A DNA stretch of 64,000 bases, from NCBI RefSeq assembly GCF_001194135.2, contig NC_068985.1, positions 61,103,586-61,167,585 of the forward strand, in the 5' to 3' direction. The stretch comes from Octopus bimaculoides (Eukaryota). How positions within the stretch are numbered: the stretch's first letter is position 1; each line of letters starts with the position of its first letter. The notes under the pieces were generated by a model, which did no database searches, had not been told where the DNA came from, and saw only the letters and a program-made list of their open reading frames with translations. Of this stretch, positions 49,461 to 63,085 are shown piece by piece. A program made the position numbers and the translations under genes.

Positions 49461-50151
49461 GCGCACAAAAGAAAAATGACAGTAGAAAAGAAATCTTCTT
49501 TTATCTGTCAATTTCGTTGCCTCTTAGCAAAAGTTTAATTTCCTGTGAGTGATATGAATCATACACTGTGAATGAGAATCCCTAAGGACAAAGGGATGTG
49601 ACAAGATATTTCATAAAAAATGATGGAATACCATCAATGGAACAATGACAGGAATTATTTTAAGTTTAAATAGAATGTGTGTCAATGGATTGAATTGATG
49701 AACATGGCTGGCAAAAAGATCTCTAGTTGGTTCTCAGCAATATAATGATCAAAGTATAAAATGTAGGATGTTACTCAACAGAAGACAGAGAAATCAATAA
49801 TACAAACTTTTAAACCCAGGCTATTTGATTACTTTATTTACCACTTGACATTAAAGAGGAAATATTAAAAGAGACAACCTACTTATAGCAACTATTTACC
49901 AGCATGTTATTAGAAGAATTTTTTTTTGTTCCTTTGGTAACTATAATGGTTATGAAAATTTGAATATCTATATTCTTTTATTCTTTAAAGGGTTTCAGCC
50001 ACTGGAATATGACACAGCCTTCAAAAATTTTAGCTGATCAAATCAAACATAGAATTTATTTTAGTTTGACACATATTTTATCTATATTTATCAAACTGCT
50101 ATTGTAAAAGCATCCCTTTTGATGGATAGCTGTTAAGCAGAGAGACAGCTA

Positions 50152-50185
<34 letters not shown>

Positions 50186-52175
50186 GCGTGCGTGCGTGTA
50201 TATCAGCTGTCGATTATAAGTTGACACTGACTGTTCTTGTTCAGTAATCATCTCCAGCAGGCTCACATATGGGCTATAAGGCCTGTTCTTGATCTGCAGC
50301 AGTGATGACATCTGCTGTAAGTGGAGTTACTTGACAATAGAGAAGTGATGCTTCTCATGTGTTTTTTCATATTCTCTCTGTTGTTTCTCCTCAATGGCTG
50401 GAATTACGAGCTTCAGTGATTGGCTATAATTGGAGACATTTACCCAAGGTACCACACAGTGTGACTGAGCTTGAAACAATGTCAGTTCTAGTGCCTTTTA
50501 ATTGTAGGCAATGCCAATGTAATTATTGTAGACATTACTGCCAGAATTTGTAATTTGACTCATTTATGTCAACAACCAGATATTTGGAAATTTTGTAACT
50601 ATAAATGTGTTATCCACAAATGATTTTCCTACCCAGTTTTGTATTGTGTTGTGTAGTGCACGGCAAATGCTCTACACTGTAAGTGCATAGTGAGCTGGTA
50701 GGAAGTAGCCAATTTCTAGACAATCATGGAACAGGTAATCTTAAAGTTTACAACTTTCATGTTTACCATCAAATTTATAAATCTCATTGGTCAATCTCTT
50801 ATAGTGCTGCTGCTACAAAAACTGCACCTAGTACACTCTCTAATGTGCTTGGTGTTAGGCAGGGTATCTAGCTGGATAAACAACATAAAAATGAAATATC
50901 AGAGAATATGTTCCTTTAATCCATTGTAACTTGTTAAACTACCTTATCCATGCCAGCATGAATAATAGATGTATGATGATAATGATGACATTATATTGTG
51001 CATCACAGGAACTAGCCATTCGTTCTTAAGAGTTTTGAAATGGAATTAAGATCTAGGTGTTGAACTTCCTAATGGTCCTTTTGAACTACAACAATCCTGA
51101 TTATTATATTACTCAACTTGGTAAAACTTAAGTAACAGTTGTAACCCTCCTGAAAACTTTATTAAGTAACACACACACACACACAGAGAAACCTTTTGAC
51201 AGCTGTGGCTAATTGTCTGCAATGTTAGACATTAGGCTCTTTTGTGTATAATTCAAAATGTTTAGAATACAAAACTGTATAGCAATAGAGGTATGTTTGG
51301 TCATGAACAATAGCTACCATAGGAATTAAAATTTTGAATAACAGTAGTTACTTCAGTGTGTTTCTGAAGTTACTTTAATCATAACATTGGTAACAACTAT
51401 TATTGTAAGTTTGCAATTAAACAGGAAATGCCATCTGATGCATCGCAGAAGAATTGCTGCAACAGTTTAGGCATTAATGTGTAGTTAAGAAACCTATTTT
51501 GTAATCACATAGTTCTGGTAACCATTCAACAGTGCAGCATCTTGAGTAAACACAAGCAGTCCAAGTGAAACCGGATAGACAAAAACTATATAGATGTCTT
51601 TAACTTTTTTGTTGTTGTTTTTTTTGGGGGGGTGAGGCGGGGGGGGGGGATAGACTTAATGATTATCACCTGACTTCAACACTAAATTTTTGGATACCTT
51701 AAACAGAGTTCACTCTGTCAATGGTAGCCAAAGTTAAAGGTTAACTGTAATACAATTAGAAACATTTAAAGCAGGTCTCTGATCTAAGGATACCGTAATA
51801 TCCTGATACGGTGTTTCCTACAGTAGTAGGAAGTATAGTTGATTTTATTGACCCCCAGTAGTGGAAAAGTGCTCATTCTGTCAACCATTGAGGGATGAAA
51901 AACAAAGTTGGCCTCAGTGAGATTTGAACTCAGAATGTAAAAACACATAAATACCACAGCATTTTGTTCACCACTAAAACAGATGCAAAGCAAAAGGAGA
52001 ATGAGGAGAGGTGGAACGCCACTCCTCTGTACATTGGTTCACCTTCTTTTAGTGCTAAATTAAACTGTCAGCCCAGAAAGAATGTTCAACATTTTCTATG
52101 CACCACGCACAGACTAATGAGTTTGTCCTCCTCCTGCTGCAGCTAACAGCAAATATCAAGAGGAACAATAGACAC

Positions 52176-52225
<50 letters not shown>

Positions 52226-52794
52226 TCACTCACAAACATTCCACTACAAGCTACACTTTGCTTGCTTATCATCCAATGATAATTATCTCCTTTAATTTGA
52301 ATTGATCACCATACACCCCAATTTCTGATGTGCAGCTTTTCCAATGCAGGCAAAACAAGTCTAGGTGCATTGTTTCTCACTTCTGGTAGTTGTGAGGGTG
52401 TTTCTCCTTCATATATATTATTCAATCCTTTTCTAAAAGTGAAACAAGTCTTGAAACATTCCCATAGCTCCCCTTTAATGTGGTCTTCATCTGATTTTTG
52501 AACTGCTTTGTTAGTTCACTAACCAGGTCATGGTGTAGCTGACTGCAATTGTAGAGGATCTTACCAAGAGAAACATAAGTCAAAGAGGCACATTATACAC
52601 ACACACAAACATACACCAATGTGTGTGTGTGTGTGTATGTGTGCGCACGCGCATGTATGCAGAATGCTTGTCTAACTTGTGTCTCTCCTGACAAGATCCT
52701 CTGCAGCTAGACAGCTACACTATGGTCAATGCCTGACTGGTAGACTAAAATACCATTGAAATTAGTGTCCCAGCATTGATAGAAAATAATAAAA

Positions 52795-53280
52795 AGTCAT
52801 CATCATTATTATTACGTCCATTTTTCCATACTTGCATGGGTGAGATAGATCCTTCCCCACAGTATTTTTGCCATCCTTTGAGTTTTTGTCATCTCTTGTC
52901 TCAGGCTCAAAATCCTAAAATAAACTTTTACCAATTTTGTTCATGCCTTCCTTGGTTTCCTTTCCCTCAAATATTCTAAAATTTAATTTTATCCATCTCT
53001 CATCCTCCATATACATCACATATCCATACAAACACAATATTTGTTCTTTCCTGCTTCCACTGATTCCTCTTTTACACAGTTTATCTCTCAGTTCATCCCT
53101 CCACACTAACATTACACATACAGCAATGTATATTTGTTTTATATCACTCCAACCTTCACCACACATCCTCTATATTCAGTGCCCGCATCCCACTACCATC
53201 TATCACGGCACTTTGTACACCAGTAACATACAATCTACCCTTTGCTCAAAAAAGCAATACTCTTGTTGCTGGCAGATGTA
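52795..53280 (-). mobile_element. Decayed RTE LINE 3' end
   Basis: KGRLYVTGVQSAV..CMCNVSV..YGYVMYMEDERWIK..SHPCKYGKMDV followed by a GATGA-type tail. Confidence 0.8.
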
Positions 53281-53354
53281 ATAGTTCCTTGACACACATA
53301 CACACATGTATACATGCATGTGTATATACTTGAGTTTATGGAATGCAGAAATGG

Positions 53355-53530
53355 TATTTATATATCACCTGAGGAAACAAGAACTCATAATGCAGGGAAA
53401 ACGGTTACATAACCAAATACCTGTGAACCTGGAGAACTACGTCGCATGGAAACAATTGTGGTGATTACAAATAAATGTTTCTCTGTACTCCTTGTTGACT
53501 AACTTATTCAACTATACATATACACACTAC
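53355..53530 (+). mobile_element. Penelope-type repeat carrying a hammerhead-like layout (cleavage triplet mutated to GTG)
   Basis: ATCAC-CTGAGGA...GAAAC-AATT-GTG-GTGAT; homologous to both arms of the palindrome at 56076-56338. Confidence 0.55.
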
Positions 53531-53780
53531 AGTAGCACCAATGCAAATCTGGTAGTAGGTATAATACTACTACTGAATAGTACTGGGTGAAATCTGAAGG
53601 TGGATGAGCTTTATACTGTACTCTACTACATTCTTAACAGAATATAACCTAACTACATATATATATATATATATATATATAGTGAATCCAAACAAAGAAG
53701 AACAAACAAGAAAAAACAATAATGCAAGGACGTGGTACAAGTACTGTATTATCAGACGCTCAGGAAAGGAAGGAAAGATG

Positions 53781-53815
53781 ATTTAACGTTTTGAGCCTTG
53801 CTCTTCTTCAGAAAT
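53781..53815 (-). ncRNA. Minimal type I hammerhead-like motif with a G12-to-A change
   Basis: ATTT-CTGAAGA-A-GAGC-AAG-GCTC-AAAA-C-GTT-AAAT: stems I and II perfect, loop-less palindromic stem III (AACGTT). Confidence 0.6.
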
Positions 53816-53884
53816 TGAGGAAAGTCCAAAGGAAGGGAAGACGGAAGAAAATCACCAACGATACACATGCGGTTACATTTTAAA

Positions 53885-53963
<79 letters not shown>

Positions 53964-55024
53964 AACATACACACACAACCACACATTATCCAATGAATTC
54001 TTCCTACTTTTTAAGTTGGTAAGTATGATATGAGGGAGTTTTGTTAGCTATTTCTAGCTGGTGGTTAGGTTGAGGCTGACAAGGACTTCCTCTAGCTATC
54101 AATGGTGAAGATAATGAAGTTATTGTGTAGGTACATATATTTTAGCCTCAGGTCACTCCCATTCAACAAACCCATCATCATGTATATACCAGAGAAATAT
54201 TCAGGAATGCTCACACCCAAATGTAAAGTAATTTCTGAACATGGCAGTTATGTCTCACCTCTTAATGAAGGAGAAGGAAATAAAGAAAAAAAAATTAATC
54301 TGAAGTATAACTACTACTTATATTATTAATATTATCATATCAAGAAGAAAGTTTAAATATCCAGAACAGAAAGGTGGAGAAAGAACACAGATTTATGATT
54401 TAAAAAATATAGTTTTAATCCTATAGAAAAACCAGTGACAAATCTAAAGATAAGAGTTTAAATCTGAGTAAGATTTAGAGGAATATAAAAACATGTTTCC
54501 TCATTTCTGTTAGATAATTTAGATAAACAGGAATCCCTTGACTAAGCTGCATTAATCTAGGCAATTTGGAACCCTAGTTTTACATAAATGCTCTTCTTCA
54601 TTTCTGTCTTCTTTCCCATCTTCTTATCCACACTTGCTCCTCTTTGGTGAGCAACATCATTTCCCCTGTAACTTAGACTAACAGGTACATAGATGAAACT
54701 CTACAAGTGTGTAATGGTGGGGTTGGTTTGTTAGCATCAGAGCAAGATAAATCAACAGAGGATCTGAAACACTAGAAACATAATTTTGATTTTCTTTTTA
54801 CTTAATCTGGTCAATATGCAAAATGTTGTTCACTCCCAATAAAAGTAAAATTTTCTGGAAATTGGATTGATGCATTGCCACTGGTGACCATTAGTGGCTT
54901 GTTTGGCTTGGATGGGTGTATATGTGTCACTTTTAGAGTTAGCACCATTGTATGCTGGGGAGTAAAGTATAGACATGGCAAGTAGAGAGAGAGAGAGAGA
55001 GAGAGAGAGTATGTGAGAAACAGA

Positions 55025-55071
<47 letters not shown>

Positions 55072-55394
55072 TGTGTGTGTGTATGTCAGTGTGTGTGTGT
55101 CTATGTGCGCATGCATGCCTGCAGAATGCTTGCCTGACTTACATCTCTCCTGATAAGATTCTGGAAGGCCTAGCAGTTTCTTGTCACACTGAAATTGAAT
55201 TTTTATAAGGGACCTCTTACTAGAATATCTATCTTCTAAATTCTGGAGTCAGATTGTCTAAGGATAATGGGAAGAGGTCTGATTGACTTACCTCATAAGG
55301 GACACTACAGTCATACTTTTTGATTTGGGGGATAAACAGACTGAGGAAAAGATCCATTGCGAGGCAATTACATTTTTCAACTCATCATATTTAA

Positions 55395-55608
55395 CACTTT
55401 AGCATTCAGATTACTCAAATGTAATATTTATTTTCATTGTTTGGAATTAATTATGCACTATGTTGCAGATTAGTGAGATTTCAATGATGATATGGCTTAG
55501 TTTAAGAATGACATCGTAGGGTTGGTGAGAGAGGCTGGATCTGGCCAATTTCAACATAAAATGGTTTAAGTATTTTGGCCAGAAATGGACAGTTAGAATG
55601 CTAAAGGG
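55395..55608. mobile_element. piggyBac-type MITE (degenerate)
   Basis: TTAA|CACTTTAGCATTC ... GAATGCTAAAGGG|TTGA inverted termini. A related element is likely at about 40886-41125. Confidence 0.6.
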
Positions 55609-55925
55609 TTGAGACATTTAAGGAGCTAAGACACTTTACTCCTCACTGAAGAATTAAGTGAGGTTCTTGAGAGTGAGTGGCTGTTGCAGGGTCTGAGACT
55701 CGTAATTATTTGCAATAAAGCTGGATTATTGCTGTTGATATTTTAATATATGAAGAACTGAAACTATTTTACCTTGAGAATAAAAATTGAAATATTCTTT
55801 AAAATACATTTTATGGCAAGTTATATGATAGACAATAAGGCCAAATATTAATGTTATTTTTATATCTATGTAAAATAATATTGGACTATATGGCTATTCC
55901 ATATATGAATTGTTAATCTAGTAAA

Positions 55926-55962
<37 letters not shown>

Positions 55963-56075
55963 TATAGTAATATAGTAGAGTACCGTATAAAGCTCGTCCA
56001 CCTTCAGATCTCACCTTGTGCTATCCAGTAGTAGGATTATACATACTTCCAGGTTTGTGTCTGGGCTTCTGTCAT

Positions 56076-56338
56076 GTTTGGCCATTTATTTTCAATCACT
56101 ACAATTGTTTCTGTGCAACGTAGTTCTCCAGGCATGCAGGTACTTGATTATGCAACTTCTTCCCTACATTACAAGATCTAGTTGTGTTTCCTCAGGCAAT
56201 ATGTAAATATTTACATATCACCTGAGGAAACACAACAAGATCTCAATGTAGGGAAGTGATTGCATAATCAAGTACCTGCACACCTGGAGAACTACATTGC
56301 ATAGAAGCAATTGTAGTGGTTGAAAATAAATGTCCAAC
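56076..56338. repeat. Spacer-less head-to-head palindrome (arms about 130 bp) of a hammerhead-like repeat
   Basis: Centre ATATGTAAAT|ATTTACATAT at 56208/56209; the arms align over CCTGAGGAAACACAAC...CAATTGTAGTG.TTGAAAATAAATG. Confidence 0.9.
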
Positions 56339-56598
56339 TGTATTTCTTGTTGACTCAATTACACACACACACACATTACTATTTCTCCAGCTAAATATCA
56401 TCACAGTTAAACAAGCAGCTGAAAGGTAAAGTTGACTTTGACAGAATTTAAAGTCAGAATGAAACAAGCTAAATATCACTCTGCAAATTCTTCCAATCTA
56501 TGGCCCCTTTTTATGTAATAATACTAATAAAAGTAGTTTATTTTAGTTCCCTCACTTTTTCTTCCTGCTTCCTTATTACTAAGTTTCAACAATTTCAG

Positions 56599-56774
56599 CA
56601 TAATGTCAACAGTTGTGACATTATACAACCATGATGCTGCTACATTAGTAATATACTGGGAGATGTCTACAATACCATCCTCTCTTCTGACTAACTACAT
56701 AAACAAGAAGATAATCTTCCACTCTGAGAGAATCCTGACTCACAATGTTGGAAACAAGGTTTTGTGTGATAATG
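56599..56774 (+). CDS. Isolated candidate 176-nt exon, product unknown
   Basis: Pyrimidine tract plus TTTCAG acceptor, one open frame (IMSTVVTLYNHDAATLVIYWEM...VLCDN), donor G|GTAAGT. No partner exon found. Confidence 0.25.
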
Positions 56775-58968
56775 GTAAGTTGGTGGGGTTAGTTATTGCT
56801 AGATTAATTTCACCACTCCCCATGTCACAAGAAACACTTTAGTTAAAAGTGGTGTGGCTTTTAATAGTGAAAGCCAGAATGTCAGGAGACAAAATGAGAT
56901 TTTACGTAAATACTTGCTACTGTTGAATAACATTACTCAACTCTGAACATTTGCATGGCAGTAGTTTTATTAATTTAAATATTACTGCTACCCGTGAAAC
57001 AAAATTTGATAAATAAATAGCACTAGCAGTTAATTTTTGAAATAGGATAATTGAATAAGAATTTGAACTTTTTTTTTTAAGAAACACTTAATTGATATTT
57101 AAAAATAAAATTAACAGTATCTTTTCTCAATCCTACCATAAGGTGACTGTAGTATCTAATTTCTAATATTTAAATCAACTGTGTTCAGTTAATTGGGTTA
57201 GTATCAGTTCACTCGATACTACCTCTGGTTCTTTGATACAAAATTGTTCAATTAAAGGGTTTGTATCTAAATTAAAATCTTCCATGTAAAAATCTTTAGT
57301 TATATTCCAGACACTGATGGGCCAGTGGGCTATGCTTCAAGAGTGAGAAAAGAAAGGAGAGAAGGATAGGTTGAGGTGGATGTAGAGAAGTGAATCAGTT
57401 AAAGGGTTAGTAACTATTAAAAGGAAGGGTAAGAATGATTAGTGTAAAGTGGTTAGCTAAGTTTAGTGGCAGAAGGTTGGTAACTTTACAACAAATGTCA
57501 TTCAGAGAGAGGTGTTCCACTGACCCATGACACATGCACACACAAAATTTATATACTGTCTACATTTTACAACAGCACCTCTCTCTCCCACTCTTTTTCT
57601 GTCACTCAACACTCACACATACCCACATACAGACATGCAACCACTAAACTAAGCTAAGACAGTGACAGGCAATAGTTCTGTGTATGATTGTGTATGCATG
57701 TGTAAAGAGATAGAGGTACGCATGCATTTATGTATGTATAAATATTATCTGTACATGTATACATACAAGTATGTATAACAGTTTATGTGTGTATGTGTGT
57801 GTGTATTAATCAGTAAAAGCTACCGAGTGACTCAAGGACTGGGTTTTGTGCATTAGTACAAGTTACTATAATTTCTGCAGAGTAATAAAAACATATAATA
57901 TACAAACTCATATTCCCATTTCTATTTTCCTGTTTGTACCACCAAAGTTGCACACACGCACACACACACAAACTAATGACACCATTTTGAGCTAAAAAGC
58001 CATTACAGAGAAAAGATTCACAATTTTTAAAGATCTATTCTGTAGGTGATGTTCAAATGGAAGCATGATGTTTCAAGAAAAACGGCCCAAGCACAATGTT
58101 AGAACTTATTTTAAAATGGCAATAGATGCTTCATGGAAGAAATTCTTACGTTAGAGGCTTTCTGTATGCTTTAGAATGTACTTCAACTCCGGACTTTCAA
58201 GTCGTCATCAAAGTTGACAATTGACTCATAGGAGCAGCAAATGGAACACTGATTTGGAGTATTATGACAATGATATCAAGTTCATAAATGAAACTAATTA
58301 TTCACTTGATGCTTCTATCTATATTATCTATATTATAATAAAGCTGCTTATTAATTAGGTGTGTAACAGTTACTAAAAGAAAGCAATTATTAAAGGCTTG
58401 ACTGGAAGTTTTTTTATAAATTCATGTTCCAAGAAATTTCCAGTAATTTTGATTTCTGAAGTTTATTGAAGTAATAACTGACGTTGATCGGGTAATTACT
58501 TTTACTCTTTCTCGGGAGCTGCATTCAAAATGTTATATATATAGATTTACACCTCCTGTATGCGTGTATTTTATAAGAAAAAACATGTAATAATTGAAGT
58601 AGAAAAAAAGATCAATTTCATACACAAACTTCTGTTTGTTTATTATACGACAATAATAAGTGAGTTGTATGTGTTATTTTATATATCAATACAGTAATGG
58701 TGATTATATAATATACAAGGCTTTGGTCGGCACAGAGCTGTAATGAAAGAGAATTGCCCAACGTGCCACATAGTGCGACTGAACCCAAGACAACATGGTT
58801 GGAAAGCAAGCTTCTCAACTACACAGCTACACCTATAAAGGAGAGAAACATTTTGGATAATATACTCCTTGATACAATATGCTTAGCAAAAAGATGAGAT
58901 GTTTATGGCGAGAAGACCTTTGATTTTAATATTTACTTGAGCAACACAACTAACAACACTACACCATA

Positions 58969-59448
58969 CAGGATGTTCCAGAATTAACTGTTTCAATGAA
59001 ATTAAGCAAATTTTTAAAAAACTGACAGAATTTTATGTTTATTACCAAAACAAATAGATTTATAAATCCTTTGTCAAACTTTTATTGAAAATTTTCAACA
59101 TGTCTGTAACCTTGCAAACTTCAAATCTCTCCTTAGCATTGTCAAACACATTTTGAAACATTTCAGGAGTTAGCTCCTGCACTGCGAACTGAATGTATTC
59201 TTTCAGCTCAGCTAAATGATTGCTTCATCATGGGGGTGGAGGTAAGGAAAATGATTGCTGCCAAATTCAAAAAAAGCTATCATGGACAAATAAGAGGGGT
59301 CCAATAGGAATGAAAATAAAATTATAAACAAAATTAAAAATTTATACACTTTTAACACATATTAAACATGATAAACATGAATAAAAGCGAGTTTTAAAAA
59401 AATGCATCCGATTTCACTCAAAATCATCATTAATTCTGGGACACCCTG
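58969..59448 (-). mobile_element. Internally deleted Tc1/mariner element
   Basis: TA-flanked TIRs CAGGATGTTCCAGAATTA / TAATTCTGGGACACCCTG; C-terminal transposase remnant ELTPEMFQNVFDNAKERFEVC on the minus strand. Confidence 0.85.
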
Positions 59449-60034
59449 TATTTACTCGTCTGACTAAACGGGGGAGGCCTAATTGCAAGTGGCAAGTAGC
59501 TTCCAGAAGTGGTCACACAGTCAAACTCAAATGGCTGTGAGTCCTAACAGCAGTTTGTTTTTTTGTTTGAACATTTTGCATTATATACTTCAGACATGGA
59601 TGACATAGAAAGCAGACATGCTGTTGGGCCATGCTGTGTTGCACAGGATTGGAAATGTGAAACATCAACAGGGAACTTCTGGAGAATGGATGAATGAGCT
59701 TGTTGTGTCTTTACCTAGTCACACACTTACGTGGGATGGTAACACAGAGCATCAACAGGGCACTGACAAAAATTTTCATGTTCTTTTCATTTCCTCTGCC
59801 AAATTGGACAAAAAAGGTTTTCATGAAATATTATACGTTACTTATAATATGTATGTAGTATCAATATTTTATTATCAGAAAATGGCCTAAAACAAAGATA
59901 AAACCCAGTTCAGTATACTCAAATCTGATTAATCTGCATTTTTGGGGGCCCATAGTCAGTGTCAGAAATTGTTTGTAGTCAACAACAAATCGAGGAGCCT
60001 GATTAATGTTTGTTGCAAATTTACAGGAAAGCAA

Positions 60035-60260
60035 CTAGATGCTCTTCAATTTACGGGCTTTAACGCTGCAAAAATACTTTAAAAATGCAGCTTATTTGTC
60101 CCTTCGCCCACATTAGGCAAGAAGTTGAAAATTTTTTTGGCCCATAACACTATCGACCATATGTAATGCACATGTAAAATTCCATTAAAATTGGTTGGGT
60201 GGCTCTCGAGTTTTAACAACCTAACACACAGACACACATCCTATATTTTATATATATATA
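60035..60260 (-). mobile_element. Short non-autonomous Helitron-like element
   Basis: Minus strand begins TATATATATAAAATATAGGATGTGTGTCTGTGTG and ends in a degenerate hairpin plus CTAG|T. A similar 5' end occurs at about 61212. Confidence 0.55.
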
Positions 60261-60409
60261 AATTTGACTACAAGTTTTCACAGATTTAGATATTCATTGC
60301 ATTCACTGTGGAGTAGGTTTTCATTTTTAATAAACAATATTAATTCATTAGACAAAATTTTATGTTTTTATTTGCAACAGTCTCTCACTTCTATTTTCAT
60401 TGATGATAA

Positions 60410-60515
60410 TTACCTTGGCCTTAGCGAAGGCAGAGGTGTTGTTTTCAGTCGTGTTTGTTTGTCCATGGACAAGATAACTCGAGAACCACTGGATGAATTC
60501 AGATGAAACTTTATA
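60410..60515 (+). mobile_element. Helentron-associated (DINE-1/HINE-like) element, 5' fragment
   Basis: TT-ACCTTGGCCTT-AGCG-AAGGCAGAGGT hairpin followed by a GTTTGTTTGTCC core and GATAACTCGAGAACCACTGGATGAATT. Confidence 0.55.
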
Positions 60516-60888
60516 CTTTGCCAAGTTTCTGAATTTGTTATAATAATCAGAAAAACATCAGATATATTTGTGAGTGTTGTGAGTGCTGTCAAACCAGCCA
60601 AATCTTCATGTTGGTTATAAAAACCAGAATTATATTTCAACATGTAAGTAGTGATAATTGTTAATGCCATTTAAACCACAACTCTCCGTGATGAAAAGAA
60701 GAATCCAAACAGTGGTACTTCAAAGTGAACGCTGTAGTTTGTTCAATGTCCAGGCCGCAACTAAATGAAACTCTTTCAAAATCGGTGGTACAGTTACATA
60801 CATATACTAAGACAGACACACACAGACATACATTCACACACACCTCAGGCCTATCTATGTCTCTCTGTGTGTCTGTCTGTGTCTTTAG

Positions 60889-60921
<33 letters not shown>

Positions 60922-63050
60922 AGTTGTCACAAAAATGTATGTATACTGACACACTGACAGACGCATATACCAGACACTCATATAGAATATGTGACGTCAT
61001 CGTGGTATAAAATGTCGTTTATGATAGTTGACTTAGAGAAAAATTATAATCTTAAATTTTTGTAATGCAAATATGTAAATGAAAATGAAGTTTATTTGGA
61101 AGCTGAAAAGATTACTGAATCCTTTGATAACTCATACGTCAAAATTAGCAACTCAATTTTCAAATCTGTAAGGAACACGCACACGCACACACTCTCTTTT
61201 ATATATTAAGATAAATAAAATGACTACGTAGTGTACTCAATTCAAAACTTTGTGGAGTGCTTTTCCAAAAGTTAAATAAATTGCTTTCTGAAGTTACCAA
61301 TAATTCCATGAGTCTTCCACATGAGCAATGCCAGGTATTTCAGCAAGTTTAACACAAGTTTAATATAACTAATAAATGGTGAAGTTAGTTTGGGAAATCT
61401 CTTCAAATTCTTTATTATTTTAAACTAAATTGAAACAACACATGCAATTAAAATATTCTTAAGCATTAACAGTTCAGTTGCAAAGAGATGGATCATTCAG
61501 GAATAGACTTTCTTATTAAAGATTCAAGTTCATCTATTTCTGGCATTGCACTGTGCCTTTAGTAAAGACAATCCTCACAAAGTTTCTCTGGTTGTATATG
61601 GGCACTACTGTAAGTAGTGAGAATATGAAATACTGGGTTTCAATCCTTCCATGACTGGATTAGAAAATAGGAGGAAACTCCAGTGGCATTATAAGTAATC
61701 ATCAGAGCAATAGAGAGATGGGTAGATGGGCTCCAGAGACAATTCAGTTAGTGTTACCAATACATTAAGTACAAACAGAGTATCACAATTTCCCTTTACC
61801 TTAACATTAAGATTTAGTATTTACTAGAACAACAGCAAACTTCAAGCAATATTAGTTATGCTACTAACAGATTGGGCATTTGCTTATAAAAAAAACATTT
61901 AGCCATAAATATCATTTCTCACAAAGTCAAAGTTAAAATTTCAGGAATTATTCATTGGCAACAAAAAATAGAAATTGAAACAGAGTTATATTTCACATTT
62001 GATATTGTAAATATCAACGTGAGATAGAAAATTGAAGCAGGTTTTCTGTCAGGGCTAAAACCATAAATTTATTGATTGCCAAAAGACCAGGTTGTCAATG
62101 ATGATACAAAACCAGTAGCTAAACTTCATAATCTAATATTTTACACATAAATCCTTGATGCTTACTACTTCTATTTCTTTTTTTTCTTTTTTTTATTTAT
62201 TCATGACATATGTTAACAGAACCAGCTATTTGAAGGTAAATGAAATAGCCATGATAAAGAATTTCATCTAGCATAAGAATTTAGGAAACTTATAGAGCAA
62301 TTAAAAGACTTTGTGAATGGAACTGGCAAAGATTTAGCCTCCTCTATAGTAGATTATCTTTCTTCAAAGACAGCAGCAATTTGGCAAAATACTGAAACTT
62401 TGCTATCAAGTGAGAAAGATATGAAGATGTTAAAGCATTAAAGTCGTACAGTTATCTCAAGATAACAAACTTAAGACCTTATGCTTAACAGATAATTTCC
62501 CCTCTTGCTACTTGTTGAGAGCTTTCGTATTCTGATGTGTATATCATGTTAAATAGAGAAACTAACAAAATTTACATTGAAAATTAAAATAAATACTTTT
62601 GCATTCATTTGTTATCCAATTTGGTCAATAAGGAACTGACCTGACCAGATCAACATTTATTGATTGTTTATTTATATTGATTCAATAACCAACATAGAAC
62701 AATTGAACAGCCTCGTGGTTTCAAGACAATTACGCTAATGTTCATTTCATTCCTAAATAATTCATATTGGTACTTTGGTACTTAAAGTTATAATCACATT
62801 TATATGTTTGTTACACATCAATAAGACACATGCACACACACATCAAGATAATGTGGACAGCCTGTATATGGTTGCTCTATCTGTTAGAAAGAGCAGCCAA
62901 ATCTCCCTCAAATTACATCCTACCATCTTTAGAAAGGAAACCTGGGATGATAAGGTTCTGGGCACACAATGCAAGAAAAGGGACAGAATGATTACATCCA
63001 AAATGTTTTTGATCATAGGTCAATGACATCATATTTAACCTGGGTTTAAA

Positions 63051-63085
<35 letters not shown>

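Noticed and set aside
58151-58250. Minus-strand exon-like segment with an AAC|GTAAGA donor and several CpGs
   Set aside because: Stops in all frames. It could be a non-coding exon, but nothing in the sequence supports that.
60989-61010. TGACGTCA (CRE) next to a TATAAAA motif as a promoter
   Set aside because: Short motifs inside Helitron-like sequence, with no linked first exon.
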